Origin: Mobilicoccus sp. | GTDB taxonomy: Bacteria > Actinomycetota > Actinomycetes > Actinomycetales > Dermatophilaceae | NCBI GenBank assembly: GCA_030538585.1 | Contig: JAUNTP010000001.1 | Location: 2,380 to 55,033 of the forward strand | Reading direction: 5' to 3' | Length of the DNA: 52,654 nt | Shown here: positions 1-9,197 of the stretch, one piece after another | Numbering within the stretch: position 1 is the first letter of the stretch | Layout: every line of letters starts with the position of its first letter | Made by a program: the position numbers and the translations under genes | The notes under the pieces: model-generated | Databases searched by the model: none | Seen by the model: the letters and a program-made list of their open reading frames with translations, nothing else | What the model was told of the DNA's origin: nothing

Positions 1-96
1 CGTTGGTCGAGGAGGAGCGGAGCGACGTCTCGAGACCATGGTGAGGTCGCAGGTCAACTGCGCGATGGTCTCGAGACGCTTCGCTCCTCGACCAAC
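1..96. repeat. REP/BIME-like inverted pair (long unit A 1-37, short unit B 67-96); may be cut by the window start
   Basis: CGTTGGTCGAGGAGGAGCGGAGCGACGTCTCGAGACC faces GGTCTCGAGACGCTTCGCTCCTCGACCAAC; the same units recur at 3848-3949 and 8152-8308. Confidence 0.85.
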
Positions 97-219
97 AGGA
101 CGGCGACGCCTGCCAGGCCCGCGAGACGCCGCGTTTCGCGACGGCTGAGAGGTCCCCGGTGGGGCCCGATCGCGGGGTGTCGGTCGTGCGTGGCCTGGCG
201 CGTCGCCTAGTCTGCGGAC

Positions 220-2937
220 GTGGCTTCTCGTAACGCGTCCTCCTCCCGCCGCCCGAACCGCAGCGGCGGGTCGAGTCGTGCTGCGGGGGCGCGTGGCGGG
301 TCGAAGACGGCCACGCGTTCGACGTCCAAGGGCCCGTCCCGGTCCCGGGCCTCCTCGCGTCCCAGCCGGGGTGCGACAGGCCCCAGCTGGCCGGTGCGGG
401 TCGTGCGTAGTACCTGGATGGGCATGGCGCACGTCACCGGGGGAGCGGTCCGTCGGGTCGGGCGCAGCGCGGCCGACCTGGAGCCGGAACACCGCCGCGA
501 CGGTATCGGGCTCCTCTTCATCGCAGCAGCCATCGTCATCGCGGCACGCGAATGGTGGGGACTGCCGGGTGTCGCCGGCGACGTCATCCACGCCGTCGCC
601 GCCGGCACCGTCGGCTTGGCCGCCATCGCCATGCCGTTGGTCCTGCTGCTGTTCGGCGTCCTCATCCTGCGCTCACCGGATGATGACCAGCGCATCAACC
701 GCATTGCCATCGGCCTCATCGCGTTGACGTTCGCCGTGTGCGGCTTGGTACACCTGTGGACGGGGGCGCCCGCTCCCGCCGACGGGTTCGCGCCGTTGCG
801 GGAGTCCGGCGGCATGATCGGGTACCTGGCGGCAGGCTGGCTCGTACCGGTCGTGACGATCTGGGTGGCGGTGCCCCTCATGGTGTTGCTGGGCTTCTTC
901 GGTCTGCTCGTGATCACCGCGACGCCGGTGCACCGCATCCCCGACAGGTTCCGGCAGCTCGGGGACACGTTGTTCGGCAGTGAGAGCTACGACGACGACG
1001 AAGCACCCGGCAGATCTCGTCGCCGTGACGCCCGCGCACGGGCCGACGAGTACGAGGGTGACGAGGCCTTCGAGCAGGCGGCTCAGGTGCACCGCAAGCG
1101 CTCCCGCGCCCTGCGGCGTGAGCAGGAGAAGGCGTCCTCCGGCGACACCGGCCCTCAGGCATCTGCCGGCACCCGGGCAGACGCCGCGAAGGATGCCGCG
1201 ACGCCGGGCGCGACCGCAGCCGCGAAGCCTGACCGTCCGGCCCCGAAGCCGGAGCCCGTCGAGAAGACCACCCTCGAGGCGCCCCCCACCGAGCCCCTGC
1301 CGCAGCGGGTCGAGCAGCTCGTCATCACCGGCGACGTCACCTACACCCTGCCGGACTCCTCGATCCTCGAGCCGGGCACGCCGCACAAGTCGCGCAGCGC
1401 CGCCAACGACAAGGTCGTCGAGGCCCTCACGCAGGTGCTCGACCAGTTCAGCATCGACGCGCATGTCACCGGCTTTTCCCGGGGTCCGACGGTGACGCGG
1501 TACGAGGTCGAACTCGGGCCGGGCATCAAGGTCGAGCGCGTGACGGCGCTGTCCAAGAACATTGCGTACGCCGTCGCGAGTGCCGACGTGCGCATCCTGT
1601 CGCCGATCCCCGGCAAGTCGGCGATCGGCATCGAGATCCCCAACGCCGACCGCGAGAAGGTCAGTCTCGGCGACGTGCTGCGCAGCCAGGTGGCGCACCG
1701 CAACCCGCACCCGATGGTCATGGGTGTCGGCAAGGACGTCGAGGGTGGCTACGTCATCGCCAACCTCGCGAAGATGCCGCACATGCTCGTCGCGGGTGCC
1801 ACCGGCTCGGGTAAGTCGAGCTTCGTCAACTCGATGATCACCTCGATCCTCATGCGGTCGACCCCCGACGAGGTGCGGATGATCCTCGTCGACCCCAAGC
1901 GGGTCGAGCTCACCGCCTACGACGGCATCCCGCACCTCATCACCCCGATCATCACCAACCCGAAGAAGGCGGCCGAGGCGCTGCAGTGGGTCGTGCGCGA
2001 GATGGACGCACGCTACGACGACCTCGCGGCGTTCGGTTTCAAGCACATCGACGACTTCAACAAGGCCGTGAAGTCGGGGGCCGTGACGCCGCTGCCGGGC
2101 TCGGAGCGGGTGCTGACCCCGTACCCGTATCTGCTCGTCGTCGTCGATGAGCTCGCCGACCTCATGATGGTGGCGCCGCGCGATGTCGAGGAGTCGATCG
2201 TGCGCATCACCCAGCTCGCGCGCGCGGCCGGCATCCACCTCGTGCTCGCGACACAGCGGCCGAGCGTCGACGTCGTCACCGGCCTCATCAAAGCCAACGT
2301 GCCGAGCCGTATGGCGTTCGCGACGAGTTCGCTCGCCGACTCCCGCGTCGTGCTGGACCAGCCGGGCGCCGAGAAGCTGATCGGGCAGGGTGACGCCTTG
2401 TTCCTGCCGATGGGCGCGAGCAAGACGATGCGTGTTCAGGGCGCGTGGGTGACCGAGTCGGAGATCCACCAGGTCGTCGAGCACGTCACCGAGCAGCTCA
2501 AGCCGACCTACCGGGACGACGTCACGGTCAAGGCCGAGAAGAAGCAGATCGATGAGGACATCGGCGACGACCTGGAGCTGCTGCTGGCGGCGGCGGAGCA
2601 GGTCATCACGACCCAGTTCGGGTCGACGTCGATGCTGCAGCGCAAGCTGCGGGTCGGGTTCGCCAAGGCCGGGCGTCTCATGGACCTCCTCGAATCGCGC
2701 GAGATCGTCGGCCCCTCGGAGGGGTCGAAGGCGCGTGACGTGCTCGTCAAGCCGGACGACCTCGAAGCGACCCTCGCGATGATCCGCGGCGACGACCCGC
2801 CCGCGCCCTCGGGTGACGCGCCGGCCTCACCCGGTCCTGGTGGGGGTGGCGACTCGACCGCCGTCCTCGACGTCGTCGAGGAGGACGACGAGGAGAGCGA
2901 GGACGCGTGGTCGCTGACAGGACGCGACCGGTACTGA
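220..2937 (+). CDS. ftsK: DNA translocase FtsK
   Basis: N-terminal 4-TM domain, Walker A GATGSGKS, VVVDELADLMM, ATQRPS, gamma domain STSMLQRKLRVGFAKAGR; TAGTCT -10 at 208-213 just before the GTG. Confidence 0.97.
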   Translation: MASRNASSSRRPNRSGGSSRAAGARGGSKTATRSTSKGPSRSRASSRPSRGATGPSWPVRVVRSTWMGMAHVTGGAVRRVGRSAADLEPEHRRDGIGLLFIAAAIVIAAREWWGLPGVAGDVIHAVAAGTVGLAAIAMPLVLLLFGVLILRSPDDDQRINRIAIGLIALTFAVCGLVHLWTGAPAPADGFAPLRESGGMIGYLAAGWLVPVVTIWVAVPLMVLLGFFGLLVITATPVHRIPDRFRQLGDTLFGSESYDDDEAPGRSRRRDARARADEYEGDEAFEQAAQVHRKRSRALRREQEKASSGDTGPQASAGTRADAAKDAATPGATAAAKPDRPAPKPEPVEKTTLEAPPTEPLPQRVEQLVITGDVTYTLPDSSILEPGTPHKSRSAANDKVVEALTQVLDQFSIDAHVTGFSRGPTVTRYEVELGPGIKVERVTALSKNIAYAVASADVRILSPIPGKSAIGIEIPNADREKVSLGDVLRSQVAHRNPHPMVMGVGKDVEGGYVIANLAKMPHMLVAGATGSGKSSFVNSMITSILMRSTPDEVRMILVDPKRVELTAYDGIPHLITPIITNPKKAAEALQWVVREMDARYDDLAAFGFKHIDDFNKAVKSGAVTPLPGSERVLTPYPYLLVVVDELADLMMVAPRDVEESIVRITQLARAAGIHLVLATQRPSVDVVTGLIKANVPSRMAFATSSLADSRVVLDQPGAEKLIGQGDALFLPMGASKTMRVQGAWVTESEIHQVVEHVTEQLKPTYRDDVTVKAEKKQIDEDIGDDLELLLAAAEQVITTQFGSTSMLQRKLRVGFAKAGRLMDLLESREIVGPSEGSKARDVLVKPDDLEATLAMIRGDDPPAPSGDAPASPGPGGGGDSTAVLDVVEEDDEESEDAWSLTGRDRY

Positions 2938-3800
2938 TGCGCGTCCGTCTGGTGCCGGCGGCCGGGGCGCTGCTGATGACTCTCACGGCGTGTGGGGGCA
3001 TCCCCCCGGAGCCGTCTGTCGCGGCGCGTGCGGCGTCGCCGAGTCCACCCCCGCCGGTGCGTGCGGCCGACCTGGCAGCGCCGTTCGCGGAGTTCGTCGC
3101 CGAGCACGGCGGACGCGCGGCCGTGGCGTGGGCGCCCGTGGGGGCGCCGGACCATGTGCAGGTGCTCGGGAGCACGACGGATCGGGATGCGTGGTCGACG
3201 ATCAAGGTGCCGATCGCCGTCGCGGCGCTGAACGCGGCGGATGACTCCGAGGTGGGGGAGCTGCAGGCGCAGGCGGCTGCGGCGATCGAACGGTCGGACA
3301 ACCGGGCGGCGGCGGTCTTGTGGCGCTCGCTCGGCACTGGCGCACAGGCCTCCGACGCGGTCGAGGGGTTCCTTGCCCTGGCGGGCGATCCACGCACCGA
3401 GGTCGGTGAGGACGCGGTCGGAGAGCAGCGAGGCTTCGGACGCACGGCGTGGTCGGTGGCGGATTCGGCGCGGGTGGCGTCGATGCTGCCGTGCTTGCCA
3501 GAGGCGGCGTTCGTGTACGACGAGATGGCGAAGATCGACAAGGACCACCGCTGGGGGATGGGTGCCATGTCGGTGCCGGTGCGGTTCAAGGGCGGTTGGG
3601 GCCCGAGCGATCACGGCTACCTCGTCCGCCAGCTCGGTGTCATGCAGAAGGACGGCGGCCAGATCGCCCTCGCGATGGCGGTGCAGCCGGGCGACGGCCG
3701 CCACGAAACCGGCACGGCCACAGCAGACGAGTTGGCGAGGTGGCTCGGGCTGAGGCTGGGCGCGCAGGACGTCGGCGCCTGCCCTACCACCCTCCCCTGA
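2937..3800 (+). CDS. Lipoprotein with serine beta-lactamase/penicillin-binding-protein-like fold
   Basis: ATG overlaps the ftsK stop (TGATG); lipobox LTAC; motifs STIK (SxxK), SDN and KGG in the expected order. Confidence 0.75.
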   Translation: MRVRLVPAAGALLMTLTACGGIPPEPSVAARAASPSPPPPVRAADLAAPFAEFVAEHGGRAAVAWAPVGAPDHVQVLGSTTDRDAWSTIKVPIAVAALNAADDSEVGELQAQAAAAIERSDNRAAAVLWRSLGTGAQASDAVEGFLALAGDPRTEVGEDAVGEQRGFGRTAWSVADSARVASMLPCLPEAAFVYDEMAKIDKDHRWGMGAMSVPVRFKGGWGPSDHGYLVRQLGVMQKDGGQIALAMAVQPGDGRHETGTATADELARWLGLRLGAQDVGACPTTLP

Positions 3801-3847
3801 GGGCGGTGGCACTGCGCCTGTACCTCGGCGGGAAGCGCACCCCCCAC

Positions 3848-3949
3848 CGTTGGTCGAGGAAGGAGCGCGAGTGACTGTCTCGAGGCCATCGCGGCTTGCG
3901 CAGTGGCGTGGGCGGTGGTCTCGAGACGCTTCGCTCCTCGACCAACGGG
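3848..3949. repeat. REP/BIME-like inverted pair (A 3848-3887, B 3917-3949) between convergent genes
   Basis: Same two units as at 1-96; the B unit is identical over about 30 nt. Confidence 0.85.
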
Positions 3950-3978
3950 AAGGGAGGTGACGTAGGCGACTGGCGTCG

Positions 3979-5058
3979 CTATTCCTGTGCCACGTCCTCG
4001 GCAGCTCGCATGACGCGCAGGACGTTGCCGCCCGCCAGTTTCGCCAGCTCTTCGGTCGACCAGCCGCGACCCGACAGCACCTCCAGCAGGCGGGGGTAGG
4101 TCGATACGTCCTCCAGCCCCTCCGGCAGGGCGGTGGTGCCGTCGTAGTCGCCGCCGATGCCGACGTGATCGACGCCCGCGACGTCCCGCAGCCGCTCCAC
4201 GTGATCGGCGACATGCTCGACGGTCACGACCGGGCGGCCCTCCACCCCGTCGATGAACGCGTCGGTGCCGGCGAAGTCGTCGGGGGAGACCCCCGCCGCC
4301 ACCGCGAGCTCGCGGGCGCGGTTGTCCCACGCGGCGAAGTCAGCGGAGCAGAACTGCGGCACGAACGTCGCGCAACACACCCCACCCGCGGCCGCCATCG
4401 CGGTCAACACGTCGTCGGGCACGTTGCGGGGGTGGTCGGCGAGCGAGCGCGCGCCCGAGTGCGTGAAGATCACCGGCGCACGGGAGGCGTCGAGGGCATC
4501 GCGCATCGTGCCGACCGAGGTGTGCGCGAGGTCGACGAGCATCCCGAGCCGGTTCATCTCGGCGACGACCTCCCGCCCGAACTCCGACAAGCCGCCGAGG
4601 CGCTCGGGCTGCGCCGCGCAGTCGGCCCACGGGACGTGCTCGTTGTGCGTCAAGGTCATGTACCCGACCCCGAGGGCGTGCAGCATGCGCAACACCGCGA
4701 GCGACGAGGCGATCGAGTGGCCGCCCTCGGCGCCCATGAGCGAGGCGATGCGCCCGGCCGCGTGGATGCGTTCGACGTCGTCGGCGGTGCGAGCGACCTC
4801 CAGGTCGTCGTGGCGGGCGATGAGCCTGTACACGGCGTCGATCTGCTCCAGCGTCGCGGTGACGGCCTCGTGTTCGGCGAGCGTGCCTTCGACGAACACC
4901 GACCAGAACTGAGCGCCGACACCGCCGGCGCGCAGGCGAGGCACGCTCGTCTGCGTCGCCGAGTCGTCGAGGACGTCCCAGTCGTGTCCGGCGAGGTCGC
5001 GGCAGCGCCACGGCCAGTCGTTGTGGGTGTCGATCAAGAGGGGGTGCGCTGACGCCAT
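3979..5058 (-). CDS. Membrane dipeptidase family (peptidase M19) metallo-dipeptidase
   Basis: IDTHND, GAQFWSVF, GAEGGH, YMTLTHN, DLAH, FTHS, HPRNVPD, GIGGDYDG motifs; start chosen from the CACGAT -10 lying 7 nt upstream. Confidence 0.92.
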   Translation of the reverse strand: MASAHPLLIDTHNDWPWRCRDLAGHDWDVLDDSATQTSVPRLRAGGVGAQFWSVFVEGTLAEHEAVTATLEQIDAVYRLIARHDDLEVARTADDVERIHAAGRIASLMGAEGGHSIASSLAVLRMLHALGVGYMTLTHNEHVPWADCAAQPERLGGLSEFGREVVAEMNRLGMLVDLAHTSVGTMRDALDASRAPVIFTHSGARSLADHPRNVPDDVLTAMAAAGGVCCATFVPQFCSADFAAWDNRARELAVAAGVSPDDFAGTDAFIDGVEGRPVVTVEHVADHVERLRDVAGVDHVGIGGDYDGTTALPEGLEDVSTYPRLLEVLSGRGWSTEELAKLAGGNVLRVMRAAEDVAQE

Positions 5059-5249
5059 GAGCCCCATCGTGCCAGTGCGACCACCGCCGCGACGCCGCCG
5101 CCGACGATGCAGGTGAGAACACAGCCGAGAACGCAGCGACGTGGGGGTGATCACCCCCGGAAACCTGCTTCCCCGCCTGCATCGTCACGATGGGCGACGC
5201 GCGTCGGCCCGTGGGGCCCGGGCGGCGCCTCGCCCGTAAAGTGGTGGGC

Positions 5250-6674
5250 ATGGTCAACCACGGGTCGGTCGCTCTCGTCACCCTCGGGTGCGCCCGCAAC
5301 GATGTCGACTCCGAAGAGCTCGCCGGGCGGCTGCGCGCGGGCGGCTGGACGCTGGTGGACGACGCCGCCGAGGCCGACGTGGCGGTCGTCAATACGTGCG
5401 GGTTCGTCGAGCAGGCCAAGAAGGACTCCATCGACGCGCTGCTGGAGACCGCCGACCTCAAGGAGCACGGCCGCACCCAGAAGGTCGTCGCTGTCGGGTG
5501 TCTCGCCGAACGCTACGGCGAGCAGCTCGCGGCCGACCTCCCCGAAGCCGACGCGGTGCTGGGGTTCGACTCCTACACCGACATGTCGACGCACTTGCGC
5601 GCCATCCTCGACGGTGAGAAGCCCGCCTCCCACACGCCGCGGGACCGGCGCACCCTCCTGCCCCTGACTCCCGTCGAGCGTGGTGCCGCGAGCGAGCAGG
5701 TGGTCGTGCCGGGGGTGTCGATCACCGACACCCCGCGCGCCCGACTCGGTGACGCGCCCTGGGCGCCGCTGAAGATCGCGAGCGGGTGCGACCGGCGATG
5801 CTCGTTCTGCGCCATCCCCGCGTTTCGTGGCTCGTTCATCTCCCGGCGCCCCACCGACGTCGTCGCCGAGGCGCGCTGGCTCGCCGAGAACGGCGTGCGT
5901 GAGGTGCTGCTCGTCAGCGAGAACTCCACCTCCTACGGCAAAGACCTCGGCGACCTGCGCCTGCTCGAATCGCTCCTGCCCGAGCTCGGCGCCATCGACG
6001 GCCTCGACCGCGTGCGCGTGTCCTACCTGCAGCCCGCCGAGATCCGACCCGGCCTGCTGGAGGTCATCGCCGGCACCCCCGGGGTCGTGCCGTACTTCGA
6101 CCTCTCGTTCCAACACGCCAGCCCGACGCTGCTGCGACGGATGCGCCGGTTCGGCGGCAGCGAGGACTTTCTCGCGCTCATCGACCGCATCCGTGCCCTC
6201 GCGCCCGAGGCGGGCATCCGCAGCAACGTCATCGTCGGGTTTCCGGGCGAAACCGAGGACGACGTCGCGACCCTCGAACACTTCCTCGCCGCGGCCCGCA
6301 TGGACGTCGTCGGCGTGTTCGGCTACTCCGACGAGGACGGCACCGAGGCCGTCGACCTCGACGGCCACCTCGACGAGGCGGAGGTCGAGGCCCGCCGCGA
6401 GCGCGTCGCCGACCTCGCCGAAGAGCTCATGAACCAGCGCGCCGACGAGCGCATCGGCTCCGAGGTCGTCGTGCTCGTCGACGAGATCGAGGACGACGAC
6501 GCACCGGACGGCGAACCACCGGTCAGCATCGGCCGGGCCGAGCACCAGGGCCCGGAGGTCGACGGGGTCTGCCGCCTCACGACCCCGGTCGAGGTGGGAC
6601 GGATGGTGCGCGGTCGGGTCGTGGCCGCCGAGGGGGTCGACCTTGTCGTCGAGCCGACGGGTGAACCGGCATGA
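5250..6674 (+). CDS. rimO: Ribosomal protein S12 methylthiotransferase RimO
   Basis: [17 protein letters not shown], radical [12 protein letters not shown]-terminal PEVDG; TAAAGT -10 upstream of the ATG. Confidence 0.95.
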   Translation: MVNHGSVALVTLGCARNDVDSEELAGRLRAGGWTLVDDAAEADVAVVNTCGFVEQAKKDSIDALLETADLKEHGRTQKVVAVGCLAERYGEQLAADLPEADAVLGFDSYTDMSTHLRAILDGEKPASHTPRDRRTLLPLTPVERGAASEQVVVPGVSITDTPRARLGDAPWAPLKIASGCDRRCSFCAIPAFRGSFISRRPTDVVAEARWLAENGVREVLLVSENSTSYGKDLGDLRLLESLLPELGAIDGLDRVRVSYLQPAEIRPGLLEVIAGTPGVVPYFDLSFQHASPTLLRRMRRFGGSEDFLALIDRIRALAPEAGIRSNVIVGFPGETEDDVATLEHFLAAARMDVVGVFGYSDEDGTEAVDLDGHLDEAEVEARRERVADLAEELMNQRADERIGSEVVVLVDEIEDDDAPDGEPPVSIGRAEHQGPEVDGVCRLTTPVEVGRMVRGRVVAAEGVDLVVEPTGEPA

Positions 6675-7255
6675 CCGACCCGATGGCCCGCCCTTCGGCG
6701 CCGGTGAGCAACTGGAACATCCCCAACGCCCTCACGGTGCTGCGGATCCTCATGGTGCCGCTGTTCCTCTGGCTGCTGTTGCGCAGCGGCGGCGCTGACG
6801 TGTCCGACCGCTGGTGGGCGCTGCTCGTGTTCGTCGTCGCGATGATCACCGACAGCATCGACGGCGAGATCGCGCGGCGGCGCAACCTCATCACCGATTT
6901 CGGCAAGATCGCCGATCCCATCGCCGACAAGGCCCTCACCGGGGCGGCGTTCATCGGGCTCTCTCTCATCGGGGTGCTGTGGTGGTGGGTGACCATCGTC
7001 GTCCTCGTGCGTGAACTCGGCATCACGCTGCTGCGGTTCGTCGTCATCCGCTACGGCGTCATGCCGGCCAGCAAGGGCGGCAAACTCAAGACGATTCTGC
7101 AGGCCGTGGCCCTCGCGGGGCTCATCGCGCCGCTGGGCGGACTGTGGTTCTACGCTGCCAGCGCCGTCATGGGCGCGGCTGTCGTCGTCACCGTCGTGTC
7201 GGGCATCGATTACGTGCTCGCCGCGCGTCGTCTGGTGGCGGAGTCGCGTGCCTGA
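6671..7255 (+). CDS. pgsA: CDP-diacylglycerol--glycerol-3-phosphate 3-phosphatidyltransferase
   Basis: [10 protein letters not shown] and the CDP-alcohol motif [27 protein letters not shown]; rimO-pgsA-cinA synteny. Confidence 0.95.
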   Translation: MTDPMARPSAPVSNWNIPNALTVLRILMVPLFLWLLLRSGGADVSDRWWALLVFVVAMITDSIDGEIARRRNLITDFGKIADPIADKALTGAAFIGLSLIGVLWWWVTIVVLVRELGITLLRFVVIRYGVMPASKGGKLKTILQAVALAGLIAPLGGLWFYAASAVMGAAVVVTVVSGIDYVLAARRLVAESRA

Positions 7256-7724
7256 CGCCGCTGCCCTGCTGACGCGGCTGCGGGACCGCGGCGAGACGCT
7301 CGCCGTGGCGGAGTCCCTCACCGGCGGGCTGGTGCTCGCAGCCCTCACCGACGTGCCCGGGGCATCAGACGTGGTGCGCGGCGGGGTGGTCGCCTACGCC
7401 ACAGACCTCAAGGCGTCACTCCTGGGTGTCGACACGGACCTGCTCGCCGACGGTGGGCCAGTCCAGGTCGACGTGGCATGGCAGATGGCGACCGGTGTCG
7501 CCAGGGCGCTGGGCGCGACGTGGGGCCTCGCCACGACCGGTGTCGCCGGACCCGGACCGGCCGACGGCCACCCCGCGGGCACGGTGTGCGTCGGCGTCCA
7601 CAGCCCTCGCGAGACGGTGGCGCGGCTGGTTCCCGGACTCGTCGGGTCCTCGATGTCCCGGTCGGAGATTCGCGCGGCCTCCGTGACCGAGGTGCTCGCG
7701 CTGGCCCTCTCCGTCACCGACTGA
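7248..7724 (+). CDS. cinA: CinA C-terminal domain protein (NMN deamidase PncC-like)
   Basis: [26 protein letters not shown] motifs; GTG start overlaps the pgsA end. Confidence 0.9.
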   Translation: MPDAAALLTRLRDRGETLAVAESLTGGLVLAALTDVPGASDVVRGGVVAYATDLKASLLGVDTDLLADGGPVQVDVAWQMATGVARALGATWGLATTGVAGPGPADGHPAGTVCVGVHSPRETVARLVPGLVGSSMSRSEIRAASVTEVLALALSVTD

Positions 7725-7804
7725 CACGCCTGGGCGACGTCGCAGGACGCGCCGTCGGGACGCTCCCGGTACGCTGGTGGAGCAGTCGTCGAGAGGAGGC
7801 AGCC

Positions 7805-8104
7805 GTGCTACTTCGTCACCATGTCGGGGACGTGATCCGCGGTGCTCGCAAGCACCAGGGCCGCACGTTGCGCGATGTCTCCGGCGCAGCCAGGGTGTCG
7901 CTCGGGTACCTCAGCGAGGTCGAGCGCGGCGAGAAGGAGGCGTCCTCCGAACTACTGGCCGCCATCTGTGAGGCCCTCGACCTGCCACTGTCGGCGCTGT
8001 TCGCCGACGTCTCAGACCGCCTTGCCGTCGCCGAAGGCATCACCCTGGCCCCGACGGTTGCGCTGCCGGTCCGCCAGGTTGACACCCGCGCCCCCGCAGC
8101 CTGA
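7805..8104 (+). CDS. clgR: XRE-family HTH regulator, ClgR-like
   Basis: [37 protein letters not shown]; GAGGAGG RBS; position after cinA is the usual actinobacterial one. Confidence 0.8.
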   Translation: MLLRHHVGDVIRGARKHQGRTLRDVSGAARVSLGYLSEVERGEKEASSELLAAICEALDLPLSALFADVSDRLAVAEGITLAPTVALPVRQVDTRAPAA

Positions 8105-8124
8105 GCGAAGCAGCACCGACCACT

Positions 8125-8308
8125 GCCCACGTCATCACGGTAGGGCGAGATGGTTTCGAGACGTCGCTGCGCTCCTCCTCAACCAACGGGGATGGCCCGC
8201 CCCTCGTTGGTCGAGGAGCGTAGCGTCTCGAGACAGCCCCCGCCCACGTCGTCACGACAAACCGAGGGGGTTTCGAGGCGTCGCTGCGCTCCTCCTCAAG
8301 CAACGGGG
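8125..8308. repeat. BIME-like array: A (8152-8191), inverted B (8205-8234), A (8269-8308), 117-bp period
   Basis: GGTTTCGAGRCGTCGCTGCGCTCCTCCTCAASCAACGGGG twice, each preceded by GCCCACGTCRTCACG; lies between convergent clgR and nei. Confidence 0.85.
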
Positions 8309-8330
8309 GAGAGGTGGTTCCGCCCTGCTC

Positions 8331-9197
8331 TCAGCGCGAAGGGCGGTAGCGGCTCGTGGAGGAGCGGCCGGTGGTGCCGAGGGGGCGTTGCGGTCGGCCG
8401 TCGTCGGTGGGGCCGAGGCCACCCTGGCAGGTGGGGCAGGAGAACATCGTCCGATCCTGCGGGGCCTGGCCGATCATCGCGACCCGCACCATGTCACCGC
8501 ACCGACGGCAGGGACGCCCTGAGCGGGCGTGAACGTAGCTCGTCTCGCCCCGCCGCCGCGACCCGGTCGTCGACTGCACCGCGTGCTCGACATTCGCGTG
8601 CAGGAGGCGATGCGCGCGACGGATGACCTTCTCGACGACGGCCTCGCCAAGGTAGGACGGTGACGCCCAGGGGTGGACGCGTTCGAGGAACAGCGACTCG
8701 CTGCAGTACAACGTGCCGATGCCGGCGAGGTTGCGCTGATCGAGCAGCGCCTCTCCGATGCTCACCGGGCTGCTCATGACGTGACCCATGGCGCGCTCGA
8801 AGTCCCAGTCGGGTCCGAGAATGTCGGGTCCGAGATGGCCGACGAGCCGGTCCTCCTGCGAGGTGGGCACGAGGTCGAGCATCCCGAGTCGCAGACCCAG
8901 CCCGGTCCACGCCGACGTCGCGAGCAAGGCGCGCACGTCACGGCGCGAGGCACCGCGCGACGGGGTGGCCTCGACGTGCCACCTGCCCTCCATGCGCAGG
9001 TGAGAGTGGAGCGTCCAGTCGCCCTCGATGCGGTGGAGAATGTGCTTGCCGCGGGCTCGCACCTCCACGGACGAGCGTCCGGCGAGGCCGCGTCCGTCGA
9101 GCTCGCCCCAGCGCAGATCGACCACATCGAGCACCTCACCCGCAAACGCCTGGTGGAGGCGCCGGGCGGTCCGAAAGACGGTGTCGCCCTCAGGCAC
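8331..9197 (-). CDS. nei: Fpg/Nei family DNA glycosylase (endonuclease VIII-like)
   Basis: N-terminal PEGD, RGKH, HLRMEGRW, H2TH LLDQRNLAGIG, zinc finger CRRC..CPTCQ. Confidence 0.93.
   Translation of the reverse strand: MPEGDTVFRTARRLHQAFAGEVLDVVDLRWGELDGRGLAGRSSVEVRARGKHILHRIEGDWTLHSHLRMEGRWHVEATPSRGASRRDVRALLATSAWTGLGLRLGMLDLVPTSQEDRLVGHLGPDILGPDWDFERAMGHVMSSPVSIGEALLDQRNLAGIGTLYCSESLFLERVHPWASPSYLGEAVVEKVIRRAHRLLHANVEHAVQSTTGSRRRGETSYVHARSGRPCRRCGDMVRVAMIGQAPQDRTMFSCPTCQGGLGPTDDGRPQRPLGTTGRSSTSRYRPSR

Noticed and set aside
178-200. PafBC motif upstream of ftsK (TGTCGG)
   Set aside because: No -10 hexamer at the N10 spacing; the real -10 lies further downstream
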